The position numbers were made by a program, and so were the translations under genes. DNA of 45,833 bases, from positions 1 to 45,833 of the forward strand of contig WJMI01000147.1 of assembly GCA_014728015.1 (NCBI GenBank), written 5' to 3'. This stretch comes from Chitinivibrionales bacterium (GTDB taxonomy: Bacteria; Fibrobacterota; Chitinivibrionia; Chitinivibrionales; WJMI01). This document shows positions 16,951 through 27,379 of the stretch, piece by piece. The notes under the pieces were generated by a model that worked only from the letters and a program-made list of their open reading frames with translations, was not told the DNA's origin and did not search any database. How positions within the stretch are numbered: position 1 is the first letter of the stretch; every line of letters begins with the position of its first letter.

Positions 16951-19806
16951 CTACGGCTCGTCGTCTATTCCGTGAAGCACCGAGTCAATGGCTTCAAGCT
17001 CGCGGCCCGCCGCCGCGAACTCGCCTCGCCCCGCTTTTGCCCTATAGCTTCTGAGATACTCACGGATTTGTGCTGTGATTCTCGCCTGCAGCGCCCGTGG
17101 TTCCGTGGTATCCCGCACACCCGGCCTGCCTTCGGACGGTTCCCGAGGATGCTCTCCCAGGAGCCGAAGCAGCGCATTGTCGAAATCCTCCGCCCATACA
17201 ATGCCCTCCTGATCGGCAAGCGCCACACGCTTGAACTCGGGCAGCTTCGCATTCTCCGCCTGCAGGAAAATGGGCTCGGCATACAGCATGTATAACGTGT
17301 TCTGATTAAACAACGGAATGGCGAGCATATTGCCCCGCAAGACCTCGGATCCCCGCTGGCCCCACAGTGTCATCGCCTGTGACATCTCCGTGTCCTGATC
17401 AATACGTGCTTCGATCTGCCGCGTCCCGAGTACTTCGACCCCCTTGGGAAATGGAAAGACCACCAGCTCCCCGTAGTTGGGCATATCACACCGTCCGGCC
17501 ATCCAAGCATTCATGACATTTTTGTTGCGTGGCGTAAACGGCATCATGAGCACGAATTCCAGCTTGTCACTTCCCGGAAACTGGGTCAGCACATAGTAGG
17601 GCCGCACTGTCTGGAAATCCTCCCGGTATCGCTCGGTGGCGAACTGCCACACGTCCTCGCGCTGGTAGAATACATCTGGCTCCTGCATATGGTACGTTGA
17701 ATACATGCCCGCCTGGACAGTCAGCAGGTCAGAAGGATACCTGATATGCCTCCGCAGTGATGCGGGCATTGCATCGAGCGGCTTGAATACATCGGGAAAT
17801 ACGCGGCGATACGTTGAGAGAACGATATCGTCTTCGTCAACCGTATAGAAGGTTGTATTCCCGTTATATGCATCGACAACCACTTTGACCGAGTTCCGGA
17901 TATAATTGATACCGTTGAGTTCTCTGATGCCGCCACGATATCGTTCCGAATAGGGATAGCCACTGGAAACAGTATAGGCATCAATGATGTAGTATATCCC
18001 CCCGTCATCCCCGAGTACCGCGTACGGGTCATTGTCATATACCAGAAAGGGGGCGATCGTCTTTGCCCTGTCAACAATATGGCGATGAAACATCACGCGA
18101 GAGCGCTTGGTGAAATAGGTGGAAAACAGTATGCGGTGGCCGTCGAATTTCCACGCATACGCGATTCTTCGTACCAGCGGCCCTATACTCACCCCGCCGT
18201 CGCCCGCATAGTCTGAATAGACGTTTTCTTCTCCCGAGGGATAGTCAAATTCCTTTTCCGAAGTATTGACATACACGTGATCGTCGGTCCGCTCACCGTA
18301 GTACACGGCGGGACGCTTGAGTGACAGCGAGGGATCTCTAATTTCTGGTGGAATATTCTGTATGAGAAAATTCGGACCACCCTGAGGAAGAAACTCGTGC
18401 GCCGGCAGAAACACCATCCCGTATCCGTGCGTGTATTTGAGATGCGTGCTGACCCAGGTCTTCGATCGTGGATCGAGATCCCGCTTCTCCAGCTCGCGCA
18501 CGGACAGCATTATCTGCCGATAGTCATCACCGAGATGATACCGGTCAATGTCCACGTCGTTGAATTCATAGTACAGTCTGATCTCCTGCTGCTCCCTGAG
18601 ATTGTCCATCAAGGCGCGCCAGTCCCACAGACGGATATTGTCCAGGATAGGACGGTTCTGGTGTACTACATCCCGATTGATATTTCTTCCAACGTCGTAT
18701 TTCTTGTCCGTGATCTTGTCTTCATCAATGCCGTATGCGCGCTGCGTAAACTCTATGTTGTGCTTGATGTAGGGACGTTCAACGGTGATTTCGTTCGGAT
18801 TCACGACAGCGGCCGTGATAAGTCCTGGCAGGACCCAGTTGAGAATGCCCACAAGCGCCACCGCGATGCCGGGCACGACTGCGGTGCGCGCGGAAGCCCG
18901 TACGCCGAAATCATCGCCGAGTCGGATTCCCAGGACGAGCTGCCGGAATCTGCCAGAGAACGCCGCGATGATCGCCGATACCGCGGCTGCCGCGAGCACA
19001 ATGACGGTACTGTACAGGCCCAGCGTGCGAAACTTCGCATCCACATACCCGGCGCCGGTGACCGCCCCCTCAGTGGAATACAGGAGCTTGAAGAGATCGA
19101 GATAGAATTTCCAGGCAAACGCGGCGCACAGAAGGCCGGCGAGGACGAGAAGGTGTCTAGCAAGAGCTCCCGCCCGCTTCAGCGGAATCCTGCCCGGTTC
19201 GAACGAGCCGCGCGGCATCTGAACTGATGCCGCGTAGCAACCGACCGTGAAGATGCCGCCGATGAATATCAGAAGCGCAACCCATTGCTGCAGCAGAGCA
19301 AAAAACGGCAGAGAAAAGAGATAGAAATTGACGGGTTTGTTGAAGATAGGTTCGGTGACCGGCGATGCGGCCTGGTTGATATAGAGAAGCGCCGGATGCC
19401 ACAGCGCCCCGGCGCGCAGCCCCAGGAATGCCGCCAGCACCAGGCCGATTACGACCAGCATCCCGCCGCCCACGACGCCGCCATGCTTTTCCCCGGCAAG
19501 CCGCCGGTTCACTTCAAGAAAAACGAATGCGACACCAGCACCTATGCCGAAAAGCGTGAGCTCGGAAGTGAGTATTGTCCAGAATCGCCTGAGATAGCCG
19601 AGGTTTCGAAACCAGAGCAACTCGGTATAGAAATGCAGAAACGTGTTGAACGCAATGAGAATGACGATATCGATAAGGACGACCAGCAGCCCGCCTTTCA
19701 CCCGGGCGCGCATCTGCTCGGGAGTCAGCCCCTTGCCCCGGCCTACCGTCAGGACCAGCGGGATCCACCCCAACGAAAAGAACACTACTCCGATCCAGAA
19801 AAACAT
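16951..19806 (-). CDS. UPF0182 family membrane protein
   Basis: YTELLWF, FYLFSLPF, NIRLWD, DVDIDRY, YTHGYG, YYGE, NYIRNSVK, IRYP motifs; GGAGG RBS. Confidence 0.92.
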   Translation of the reverse strand: MFFWIGVVFFSLGWIPLVLTVGRGKGLTPEQMRARVKGGLLVVLIDIVILIAFNTFLHFYTELLWFRNLGYLRRFWTILTSELTLFGIGAGVAFVFLEVNRRLAGEKHGGVVGGGMLVVIGLVLAAFLGLRAGALWHPALLYINQAASPVTEPIFNKPVNFYLFSLPFFALLQQWVALLIFIGGIFTVGCYAASVQMPRGSFEPGRIPLKRAGALARHLLVLAGLLCAAFAWKFYLDLFKLLYSTEGAVTGAGYVDAKFRTLGLYSTVIVLAAAAVSAIIAAFSGRFRQLVLGIRLGDDFGVRASARTAVVPGIAVALVGILNWVLPGLITAAVVNPNEITVERPYIKHNIEFTQRAYGIDEDKITDKKYDVGRNINRDVVHQNRPILDNIRLWDWRALMDNLREQQEIRLYYEFNDVDIDRYHLGDDYRQIMLSVRELEKRDLDPRSKTWVSTHLKYTHGYGMVFLPAHEFLPQGGPNFLIQNIPPEIRDPSLSLKRPAVYYGERTDDHVYVNTSEKEFDYPSGEENVYSDYAGDGGVSIGPLVRRIAYAWKFDGHRILFSTYFTKRSRVMFHRHIVDRAKTIAPFLVYDNDPYAVLGDDGGIYYIIDAYTVSSGYPYSERYRGGIRELNGINYIRNSVKVVVDAYNGNTTFYTVDEDDIVLSTYRRVFPDVFKPLDAMPASLRRHIRYPSDLLTVQAGMYSTYHMQEPDVFYQREDVWQFATERYREDFQTVRPYYVLTQFPGSDKLEFVLMMPFTPRNKNVMNAWMAGRCDMPNYGELVVFPFPKGVEVLGTRQIEARIDQDTEMSQAMTLWGQRGSEVLRGNMLAIPLFNQNTLYMLYAEPIFLQAENAKLPEFKRVALADQEGIVWAEDFDNALLRLLGEHPREPSEGRPGVRDTTEPRALQARITAQIREYLRSYRAKAGRGEFAAAGRELEAIDSVLHGIDDEP

Positions 19807-19870
19807 TACTACCTCCCCTGCGATTTGCGCGACGCTATCATGGTGCGATCGCTGCGGTATCCTTCTTCGG

Positions 19871-21475
19871 CTACTTTCTCACTTTGAATGCCGTGAAGAA
19901 CGAATGGCCGTCCCGTTCAACACGGAGCATTATTGCATCGCCTTCCTTGAGCTTCGCGGTCGCGTTCCGGAAGTCCTTCACGCCTCGTACGGCTGTAAAG
20001 CCGCTCCCTTGCATCTTGACAGCCTTGATGACATCACCTTCCTTCAGGCCTCCCCGTGCATCCACCAGCGCACGGTCGACGTGGAGCACCACCACGCCTT
20101 CGACTCCGCGATCGATTCCATATTTCTCGCGCAGCTCTGGCGTGATGTTGGCGACTTTGATGCCTATCTTCTCCTCCACCGTCTTCTTGTCTTCCGCGCC
20201 TGCATCGCCGCCTGCCTCATCACCCTTCTTCGCAAGCTTCTCGATCCTGCCTTCATCACGCCGGCCCATTTTCACCTTCAGCGTCTTCTTCTTTCCGTCG
20301 CGCAGCACGCCGACGGTGACCATTTCTCCCGGCCTGATGAGTGCAACCATGTTGCGCAGCTCGTTGGCGTTGTCAACCCTGCGCCCATCTACCGAGACAA
20401 CCACGTCCCCGGTCTTCACGCCGGCCTTATCCGCCGGATCACCCTTATACACATCGGAAATAAGCACTCCCTTGGCGTTGTCGAGACCGAGCACGTCCCG
20501 GGTCGCCGGATCGATGTCCTGGATCCCCACGCCCAGCCATCCGCGCACCACCTCGCCGCGATAAACAAGGTCTTCCATGATCCGCTTGGCCATGTTAACC
20601 GGAATGGCAAACCCAATCCCCATGTACCCCCCGCTGCGCGAATAGATCATGGTATTTATCCCGACCAGCTCGCCGCGGATGTTGACCAGCGCTCCTCCCG
20701 AGTTACCGGGATTGATGGCCGCATCGGTCTGGATGAAGTTCTGGTATCTGTTTGCGCCCCCGACAGCGCGTCCGAGAGCGGATACAATGCCCGCCGTCAC
20801 CGTCGATGCAAGGCTGAATGGATTACCTACTGCGATGACCCAGTCGCCGGGCCGCAGCTTGTCAGAATTCCCGAGATAGGCTACCGGCAGGCCGTCGATG
20901 TCGCCCGCGATCTTGATAACAGCGACATCGGAAAGGGAATCGCTTCCCACTATCTCCGCTTCAAACACCCGTTCATCATTGAGCTTCACCTCGATTTCAT
21001 CCGCTCCTTTGACCACGTGAAAGTTGGTCAGGATGTGTCCCTGATGCGAGACAATGACGCCTGACCCGAGCCCCTTCTGACGATATTCCCGCTTCTCAAT
21101 CTGCGGTTCCTTCTGACGGGGCCTGTTCCGGCGCCTCGGAGGGTTGAAGAAGAAATCGAACGGACTGTCCTGCGAAAATGGATCGCCGAAAAAATGATAG
21201 AACGGATTATTCCTGAATACCAGCGTATCAACTTTCGTAGGAATAACCGAAACCACTGACGGCACCACTTTTTCGGCGACATCGGCAAATACCGTGGCGA
21301 AACGCGCGACTTCTTTACCGGTGCGGACCGAGGGCTTCTTCTCCGCCCCGAACGTAATGGAAGCTTCCTTGGGTTTTTCCGAACCTGCATCCGAACACAC
21401 CGTGTCCGCCACAAGCAGGCTTCCCAGGAGCACCAGCAGGACCGGTGCATGCCGCCGAATGCTTCTCACTTCCAT
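19871..21475 (-). CDS. degP: Do/DegQ family periplasmic serine endoprotease with two PDZ domains
   Basis: Signal peptide, [26 protein letters not shown], two PDZ; GGAGG RBS before ATG 21475. Confidence 0.92.
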   Translation of the reverse strand: MEVRSIRRHAPVLLVLLGSLLVADTVCSDAGSEKPKEASITFGAEKKPSVRTGKEVARFATVFADVAEKVVPSVVSVIPTKVDTLVFRNNPFYHFFGDPFSQDSPFDFFFNPPRRRNRPRQKEPQIEKREYRQKGLGSGVIVSHQGHILTNFHVVKGADEIEVKLNDERVFEAEIVGSDSLSDVAVIKIAGDIDGLPVAYLGNSDKLRPGDWVIAVGNPFSLASTVTAGIVSALGRAVGGANRYQNFIQTDAAINPGNSGGALVNIRGELVGINTMIYSRSGGYMGIGFAIPVNMAKRIMEDLVYRGEVVRGWLGVGIQDIDPATRDVLGLDNAKGVLISDVYKGDPADKAGVKTGDVVVSVDGRRVDNANELRNMVALIRPGEMVTVGVLRDGKKKTLKVKMGRRDEGRIEKLAKKGDEAGGDAGAEDKKTVEEKIGIKVANITPELREKYGIDRGVEGVVVLHVDRALVDARGGLKEGDVIKAVKMQGSGFTAVRGVKDFRNATAKLKEGDAIMLRVERDGHSFFTAFKVRK

Positions 21476-21568
21476 ACAACCTCCCCAATTTCCTGAAATG
21501 ATGTGCTCATCGTCCCGTTTTTCCCCGGTGAATGCATTTTCTCCTGCAGACAATCGGAGGTATACCTG

Positions 21569-21584
21569 CGCAAATGACGTGCCA
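21569..21584 (-). promoter_or_regulatory. sigma54 -24/-12 promoter for degP-UPF0182
   Basis: Minus strand TGGCAC-GTCAT-TTGCG. Confidence 0.78.
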
Positions 21585-21644
21585 CAGGACTATCGCAGCC
21601 AGCGCCGGAATCCTTGCCCGCCGCATCTGCTGCGCATATAGTAG

Positions 21645-21682
21645 TTGGCGATTCTGAGAAGAGCCATTCTCAGTTATGCGAA
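21645..21682. promoter_or_regulatory. Tandem enhancer-like (UAS) site, copy 2
   Basis: TTGGCG-attc-TGAGAA, 6 bp, TTCTCA-gtta-TGCGAA; exactly 60 bp from each flanking sigma54 promoter. Confidence 0.68.
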
Positions 21683-21742
21683 AAAGATGGTGTTCTCCCC
21701 GGCTCGAACCCCAAGGACGCACATGTAATCTGCCCTGCCTTC

Positions 21743-21758
21743 CGGCATGAATCTTGCC
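21743..21758 (+). promoter_or_regulatory. sigma54 -24/-12 promoter for PAC2-ftsH
   Basis: CGGCAT-GAATC-TTGCC, 22 bp before ATG 21781. Confidence 0.68.
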
Positions 21759-21780
21759 TCACTAGGGCGAGGGGTACTGG

Positions 21781-22725
21781 ATGCAGGAAAAGAATACGAT
21801 CCACTTCAAGACACGCCCGATACTGGTTGCGGCATGGCCCGGGATGGGACAGGTCGGCCTCATGACCGTGGACTACCTGCGGCGCAAGCTGAACGCCAAA
21901 GTCTTCGCGGGCATGGACATGACCAGCGTCTTTGTCCCAGAATCAATTGTCGTGAAGGATGGCATAGCGCATTTGCCGGATACCCCGGAAAGCGTGTTCC
22001 ATTATCACGAAGACCCGGACATTATTGTATTCGAGAGCAATGCCCAGCTCGCCGGCAAGGAAGCGATGACAATCGCGCAGGGCCTGCTCAAAATTGCGGC
22101 GCAGTTCCATGTCTCGCGGATATACACGGCTGCCGCGTTCGCCAAGCCCATGAGCCACAACGAACGGTCGGAGGTACTGTTCGTGGGCAGCAACGATACG
22201 GTCAAAGTCGATCTCGAGAAATATGGCCTCTCACCCATGCCGGACGGAATGATTTCCGGCCTCAACGGGCTTCTTCTCGGACTTGCCGGTACGAGCGGTA
22301 TTGAGGCCGGCTGTTTCCTCGGAACGATACCTTCCTATTCGGGAAGCCTTGCATACCCGAAAGCAGCCCTTGAAATACTGACCAGACTCACGTCTGTTCT
22401 GGGCGTTTCGATAGACCTATCAGATCTCGAGGAGCAAGCCGGGGCGATTGACCGGCAGCTTGGCGAAATCGAAGATCGCATCCGACAATTGTTCCCGTCC
22501 GCGGTGGAGAGCAGTGAAGAACCCAAGGACGAAACACTGGCGGGCATGGATCACGATGATGTTCCGAAGTATATCATGGACAAAATCGAACGCCTGTTCG
22601 AAGAGGTAGCGCGGGATAGGTCCCGCGCCGTGGAGCTCAAGAATGAGCTCGTCAGATGGAACCTATACGATTTGTATGAAAAGCGCTTTCTCGAGCTGTT
22701 TCGAGACGATATGCGTCGGGAATAG
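21781..22725 (+). CDS. PAC2 (proteasome assembly chaperone-like) family protein
   Basis: AAWPGMGQVG, DYLRRKL, ISGLNGLLLG, YPKAA, IDLSDL motifs plus helical C-terminal extension. Confidence 0.85.
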   Translation: MQEKNTIHFKTRPILVAAWPGMGQVGLMTVDYLRRKLNAKVFAGMDMTSVFVPESIVVKDGIAHLPDTPESVFHYHEDPDIIVFESNAQLAGKEAMTIAQGLLKIAAQFHVSRIYTAAAFAKPMSHNERSEVLFVGSNDTVKVDLEKYGLSPMPDGMISGLNGLLLGLAGTSGIEAGCFLGTIPSYSGSLAYPKAALEILTRLTSVLGVSIDLSDLEEQAGAIDRQLGEIEDRIRQLFPSAVESSEEPKDETLAGMDHDDVPKYIMDKIERLFEEVARDRSRAVELKNELVRWNLYDLYEKRFLELFRDDMRRE

Positions 22726-22748
22726 CGGACTTGCAGAAGGGACCTCAC

Positions 22749-24683
22749 GTGTCTCCAGGTAGAAAAAGCACGAAGCGCCAAACCGGGAGCACCGAGAAAG
22801 AAAAGCCGGACAAGCAGCCATCGTTCGTCCGCGTCCTCCCGTGGCTCGTCGCGCTCATCGTCATGCTGGGACTTATGCTCACTTCGCGGCTGGGCGATAA
22901 CGCGCAGACAACAGTTTCCTACTCGGCATTCAAGCAGCAGATCCGGCAAGGCAACGTCAAAGAGGTGACTATCAAGGGCCTCGATATCTCGGGGCGCTTC
23001 ACATCGCCATACTCACCGGCCGACAGGGAACAGGAAAGCGGAGGCCGTACATTCACGGCATTCACCACGACCAAGCCGGCCATTGAGGATCCCGGTCTCA
23101 TCGAGTTGCTTGAGGAGAATGACGTGCAAGTCAATGCCGAAACCACGAGTGCGCCCGTGTTTCAGCGCGTGCTCATTCTTCTCGCCCCGTGGATCCTGTT
23201 CTTCGCGCTGATACTGTGGGCCAACAAACGCATGGCCGGCCAGATGAAAGGCATGATGGGCCGCGGGCTGTTCGGCGTGGGCAAATCCAAGGCACGGCGG
23301 TTCGAGAAGACCACGACCTCGACCAGCTTCGACGATGTAGCGGGGTTGGAGAACGCGAAACGCGATTTGCAGGAGATAGTTGAGTACCTGAAGGAGCCCA
23401 AGAAATTCACCGGCCTGGGCGCATCGATTCCCAAGGGCGTCTTGCTCATGGGGCCGCCCGGCACCGGCAAGACCCTCCTGGCCCGCGCCAGCGCCGGCGA
23501 AGCCGGCGTGCCGTTTTTCAGCGTAAGCGGTTCGGAGTTCATCGAGATGTTCGTGGGCGTGGGAGCATCGCGTGTCCGCAACATGTTCGAGGATGCCAAA
23601 AAGTCGGCCCCCACGATAATATTCGTGGATGAAATCGACTCGGTGGGCCGCACGCGGGGCGCGGGGCTCGGCGGCGGACACGACGAGCGCGAGCAGACCC
23701 TGAATCAGATTCTTCAGGAGATGGACGGGTTCGAGCCGCACGAATCGGTCGTGGTCATTGCCGCGACCAACCGCCCGGACGTTCTCGATCCCGCGCTCAC
23801 CCGGCCGGGGCGGTTCGACCGCCAGATAGTCCTGGAGCTTCCCCAGAAAAACGCGCGGCGCGAGATACTGCGGATACACACCCGGAATGTGCCGGTCGCC
23901 AATGATGTCGATTTGGATAACATTGCGGCGCGCAGCGTGGGGTTCTCCGGCGCCGATCTGCGGAACCTGGTCAACGAGGCCGCCCTCCTGGCGGGCAGGC
24001 GCGACAAGAAGACCGTGGATGCCCGCGATTTCGACAATGCCGCCGACAAGATCCTTCTCGGCGCGGAGCGGGAAGAACGAATTGACGACGACGAAAAGCG
24101 CATTATCGCGTACCACGAAGCCGGCCATGCGTTGGTTGCCAAGCTGCTCCCTGAAACGGATCCGCTCCAGAAAGTGACCATCATTCCGCGCGGCCGCGCC
24201 CTGGGCGTCACCCAGCAGGTGCCGGAGACAGATCGCCACAACTATTCCCGCAAATACCTCCTGGGACGCATCACCATGGCTCTGGGCGGGCGAGCCTCTG
24301 AGAAACTCGTATTCAGCGAGTTGACAAACGGCGCGGCAAATGATTTCAAGATGATCACCCAGCTGGCCCGGCGCATGGTCTGCCAGTGGGGAATGAGTGA
24401 CAAAATCGGGCCCGTAACATTCAGCCAGGGAGAAGAGCATATTTTTCTGGGACGAGAGCTGACCCAGGCCAAGGATTTCAGCGAGCACACCGGGCGCATT
24501 ATTGACGATGAAATACAGCGTATCGTGCGCGAAATGGAGCAGCGGGCTGAAAACCTCCTGAAAGAAAACCGGGACAAGCTTGACAAGATTGCCGAGGCCC
24601 TGTTGGAGCAGGAGACCCTGGAAAACGATGAGGTTGACAGGATCATCGGGAACCGCGCGCGGAAGCAGGCCGGAGAAGCCTGA
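22749..24683 (+). CDS. ftsH: ATP-dependent zinc metalloprotease FtsH (probably a stress paralogue)
   Basis: Two TM helices, [17 protein letters not shown] ([19 protein letters not shown]), HEAGH; GTG start inferred. Confidence 0.95.
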   Translation: MSPGRKSTKRQTGSTEKEKPDKQPSFVRVLPWLVALIVMLGLMLTSRLGDNAQTTVSYSAFKQQIRQGNVKEVTIKGLDISGRFTSPYSPADREQESGGRTFTAFTTTKPAIEDPGLIELLEENDVQVNAETTSAPVFQRVLILLAPWILFFALILWANKRMAGQMKGMMGRGLFGVGKSKARRFEKTTTSTSFDDVAGLENAKRDLQEIVEYLKEPKKFTGLGASIPKGVLLMGPPGTGKTLLARASAGEAGVPFFSVSGSEFIEMFVGVGASRVRNMFEDAKKSAPTIIFVDEIDSVGRTRGAGLGGGHDEREQTLNQILQEMDGFEPHESVVVIAATNRPDVLDPALTRPGRFDRQIVLELPQKNARREILRIHTRNVPVANDVDLDNIAARSVGFSGADLRNLVNEAALLAGRRDKKTVDARDFDNAADKILLGAEREERIDDDEKRIIAYHEAGHALVAKLLPETDPLQKVTIIPRGRALGVTQQVPETDRHNYSRKYLLGRITMALGGRASEKLVFSELTNGAANDFKMITQLARRMVCQWGMSDKIGPVTFSQGEEHIFLGRELTQAKDFSEHTGRIIDDEIQRIVREMEQRAENLLKENRDKLDKIAEALLEQETLENDEVDRIIGNRARKQAGEA

Positions 24684-24759
24684 ATTCAACGGCTCCCCCA
24701 GCGATGCGGCAGACATATATCGAATACCAGAGCAAATCTATCCGGAGGGATTCATAAGT

Positions 24760-24975
24760 ATGGGAAAACAGAACCCGATACGGCGGTCTGGTCCGGTACG
24801 GCGCGTATGTCCGCGGGATGCCGGAGTACCGTCAACACCGGAACAGGAGCCGTTCCCTGATGAGCCGAAAAAGGACCCCGGCACGCCGCCGCCGATCGTT
24901 CCCGATGAACCCGAAACCGAGCCGGACGAACCCTCACCAGAACCGGAAGAACCTGAAGTCGCGCCTACAGCCTGA
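24760..24975 (+). CDS. Small Pro/Glu-rich disordered protein
   Basis: GGAGG upstream, fills the ftsH-ldhA gap, in-frame PDEP/EPE repeats. Confidence 0.4.
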   Translation: MGKQNPIRRSGPVRRVCPRDAGVPSTPEQEPFPDEPKKDPGTPPPIVPDEPETEPDEPSPEPEEPEVAPTA

Positions 24976-25005
24976 CGAAGAGAGGGAGAGCGGAGGATTG
25001 CCGAT

Positions 25006-26070
25006 ATGAGCGGGACCAAAAGCGTGAAGCCCCGTATTGCCATGTTCGACACGAAGTCGTATGATCGCGACTTCTTCGAAACCGTGAATCACGAATACGG
25101 GTTTGACATCTTGTTTCTCCAGGACCGCCTCTCGAGCAACACCGTATCGGTGACGCGGGACCGCAACGCCGTATGCGCGTTTGTAAATGACACGCTGGAC
25201 CGGCCGGTGGTCGAACAGCTTCACGAAAACGGCATCGAGCTCATCGCACTGCGCTCCGCCGGCTACAACAATGTGGACCTGAAAGCCGTATGGAAGAAGA
25301 TCCACGTGGTGCGCGTACCGGCGTATTCTCCCCGGGCGGTCGCCGAGCACGCCGTGGCCCTCATGCTCGCGCTCAACCGCAAGACCCATCGCGCCTACTA
25401 CCGGGTCCGTGACAACAACTTCGCCATCCATGGTCTCATGGGATTCGACATGCACGGCAAAACCGCGGGCGTGGTTGACACCGGGAAAATCGGCAAGGCG
25501 GCCGCGGACATTCTTCGAGGGTTCGGTATGAACGTGCTCGCATACGATGTCTACCCCGACGACAACTATGCCGCGCAACACGGATTCCGTTACGTGCCGC
25601 TCGATACGCTCTATGCGGAATCCGATATCATCACGCTGCACTGTCCGCTCACGCCGGACAATGCCCATATGATTAACGAGGACAGCATCGCCACCATGAA
25701 GAGCGGGGTGATGATCATCAACACCGGCCGGGGACGGCTCATCAATACACAGCATTTGATTGATGCGCTGAAGAAAAGAAAGGTGGGCGCGGCCGGCCTG
25801 GACGTGTACGAGGAGGAAACAGACTATTTCTTCGAGGATTTCTCCTCTTCGACTATTACAGATGACGTTCTGGCGCGATTGCTCACCTTCCCCAATGTGC
25901 TTGTCACCTCTCATCAGGGATTCTTTACGCGCGAAGCCATGAACAGTATCGCCCGCACGACCCTTGAGAACATCCGCTTGTTCTTCGAGGAAGACTCTCT
26001 CCCGAACGAAATCTGCTACAAGTGCGGCAACAACGAGTGCATGAAGGAGAAGACCGGGAAGTGCTTCTAG
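25006..26070 (+). CDS. ldhA: D-lactate dehydrogenase-like D-2-hydroxyacid dehydrogenase
   Basis: AFVND, RSAGYNNVD, VPAYSP.AVAEH, LHCPL, INTGRG, DVYEEE, SHQGF. Confidence 0.88.
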   Translation: MSGTKSVKPRIAMFDTKSYDRDFFETVNHEYGFDILFLQDRLSSNTVSVTRDRNAVCAFVNDTLDRPVVEQLHENGIELIALRSAGYNNVDLKAVWKKIHVVRVPAYSPRAVAEHAVALMLALNRKTHRAYYRVRDNNFAIHGLMGFDMHGKTAGVVDTGKIGKAAADILRGFGMNVLAYDVYPDDNYAAQHGFRYVPLDTLYAESDIITLHCPLTPDNAHMINEDSIATMKSGVMIINTGRGRLINTQHLIDALKKRKVGAAGLDVYEEETDYFFEDFSSSTITDDVLARLLTFPNVLVTSHQGFFTREAMNSIARTTLENIRLFFEEDSLPNEICYKCGNNECMKEKTGKCF

Positions 26071-26080
26071 CGGAATTCGG

Positions 26081-27379
26081 TCACTCCTGCGTTCCGCGCG
26101 CAGTTTTCAATCCATCCCGCACATGCCACTCGTAGTACCCTCTCCTGGCCAGATTCATCGATGATGCCTTGAGCGCGCGCTCCGCCCGCCGGCCGAACTG
26201 ATCGCCCAACTCGCCAAGCTCGTCCAACAGCTTCGCTTCCCCGTCAAGCGGCGCGGATGCCGCGCGCAGCAGCTTGACCGCAACGAGGAACGCGGGATAG
26301 TAGGCGAACTCCCGCAACACACGCTCTGACGATACCAGCGAGCCGGCGCCCGACTGGCTCAGCATCCAGTGCTGCCATTCCACCAGCTCCGCATACCTTC
26401 GAAGGCTGAAATTGTGTGTGGCGAATTCCGCCCGCCGCACGCCGCGCGCCGCGGATCGGCCGCCGTGATAGAACGAGTCCGGATGAAAGCAGAGCTCTTC
26501 GTCCAGTTCGAGAAAAGCATAATACGCATTTACAGGGTACTCCTCTTGCAGCGAAGCAAATATCCCGGCTTTCTCTTCTGCGAGATGCCCGTAGTACGGC
26601 GAGAGAAACTGGATCAGGTACAGCTTGGATACTGTCCGCGTGTACTTGCCCTCGTGCGCGCTCAGGCGAAGATACTGCAGTCCCGAATCGAGGCTGGCCC
26701 CGCGATTGAAGAGGCGAAGCGCCTTGCCCAGCACCGCCGGCGCCTTTGCCAGCGTGCAGTGGAACAGGCCCGGTCCCATGTACGCATCGCGGATATCGGG
26801 ACGGTCGGCGATAACGTCCTCGAGTATGCGCAGCCCCCGCAACCCGTCAACCAGTGCCTCGAACGGGCTGCGGTCTATCTTGAGCGTTGCGGTATACCCG
26901 AGAATGCCGCCCTTGATCAGATCATACGTGACATGAACAGAATCGGAAATTCTTGCGCGATCGTCGCACTGCCGGATCCCTTCCTTCGCAAGCCCTTCAG
27001 CTTCCCGTATCAACCGTTCCTTCTCTCGTTCCGATTCATATTCCCCGTTCTGAATGCGCAGGATCCTCGCGGAGGTCAGGAGCAGGCGGCTGAGGGGAGG
27101 CAGGTCCTCCTGCCGCTCGAGCCGATTGAGCTTTCGCCCGAAACGCTCCGCCTGCTTCCACGAAAACGCATGGATGAAATACACGACGCTGTCGGCGAGC
27201 TGTTCCTGCTGAAGCGACATGCCGGGATACGGCGGCGCCTGTGCCGCACGACCCGGCGTGTCTGAAGAATCTGTCTGCGCGGTGAGAAAAAAAACAAAAA
27301 GCAGGACCGCGGCAAAGGCCCGGGCGCGGGAAACCGTGCGTGCGTGAGGGCCGCTCCGCTCCTGCGGGGAGACCCTCAA
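26081..27379 (-). CDS. Hypothetical exported helical (TPR-like) protein
   Basis: N-terminal hydrophobic segment, helical repeats (DAYMGPGLFH..GLQYL); overlaps the sigma-factor stop by 4 bp; start uncertain. Confidence 0.6.
   Translation of the reverse strand: MRVSPQERSGPHARTVSRARAFAAVLLFVFFLTAQTDSSDTPGRAAQAPPYPGMSLQQEQLADSVVYFIHAFSWKQAERFGRKLNRLERQEDLPPLSRLLLTSARILRIQNGEYESEREKERLIREAEGLAKEGIRQCDDRARISDSVHVTYDLIKGGILGYTATLKIDRSPFEALVDGLRGLRILEDVIADRPDIRDAYMGPGLFHCTLAKAPAVLGKALRLFNRGASLDSGLQYLRLSAHEGKYTRTVSKLYLIQFLSPYYGHLAEEKAGIFASLQEEYPVNAYYAFLELDEELCFHPDSFYHGGRSAARGVRRAEFATHNFSLRRYAELVEWQHWMLSQSGAGSLVSSERVLREFAYYPAFLVAVKLLRAASAPLDGEAKLLDELGELGDQFGRRAERALKASSMNLARRGYYEWHVRDGLKTARGTQE

Noticed and set aside
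23013-24716. Long antisense ORFs (also 6400..7638, 8408..9661, 19643..21064, 39654..40949, 42093..43805)
   Set aside because: Shadow frames of well-supported genes in GC-rich DNA, with no recognisable motifs.
24760-24975. Pup/UBact-like tag next to PAC2
   Set aside because: No C-terminal GGE/GGQ and no pafA/dop/proteasome genes in the window.
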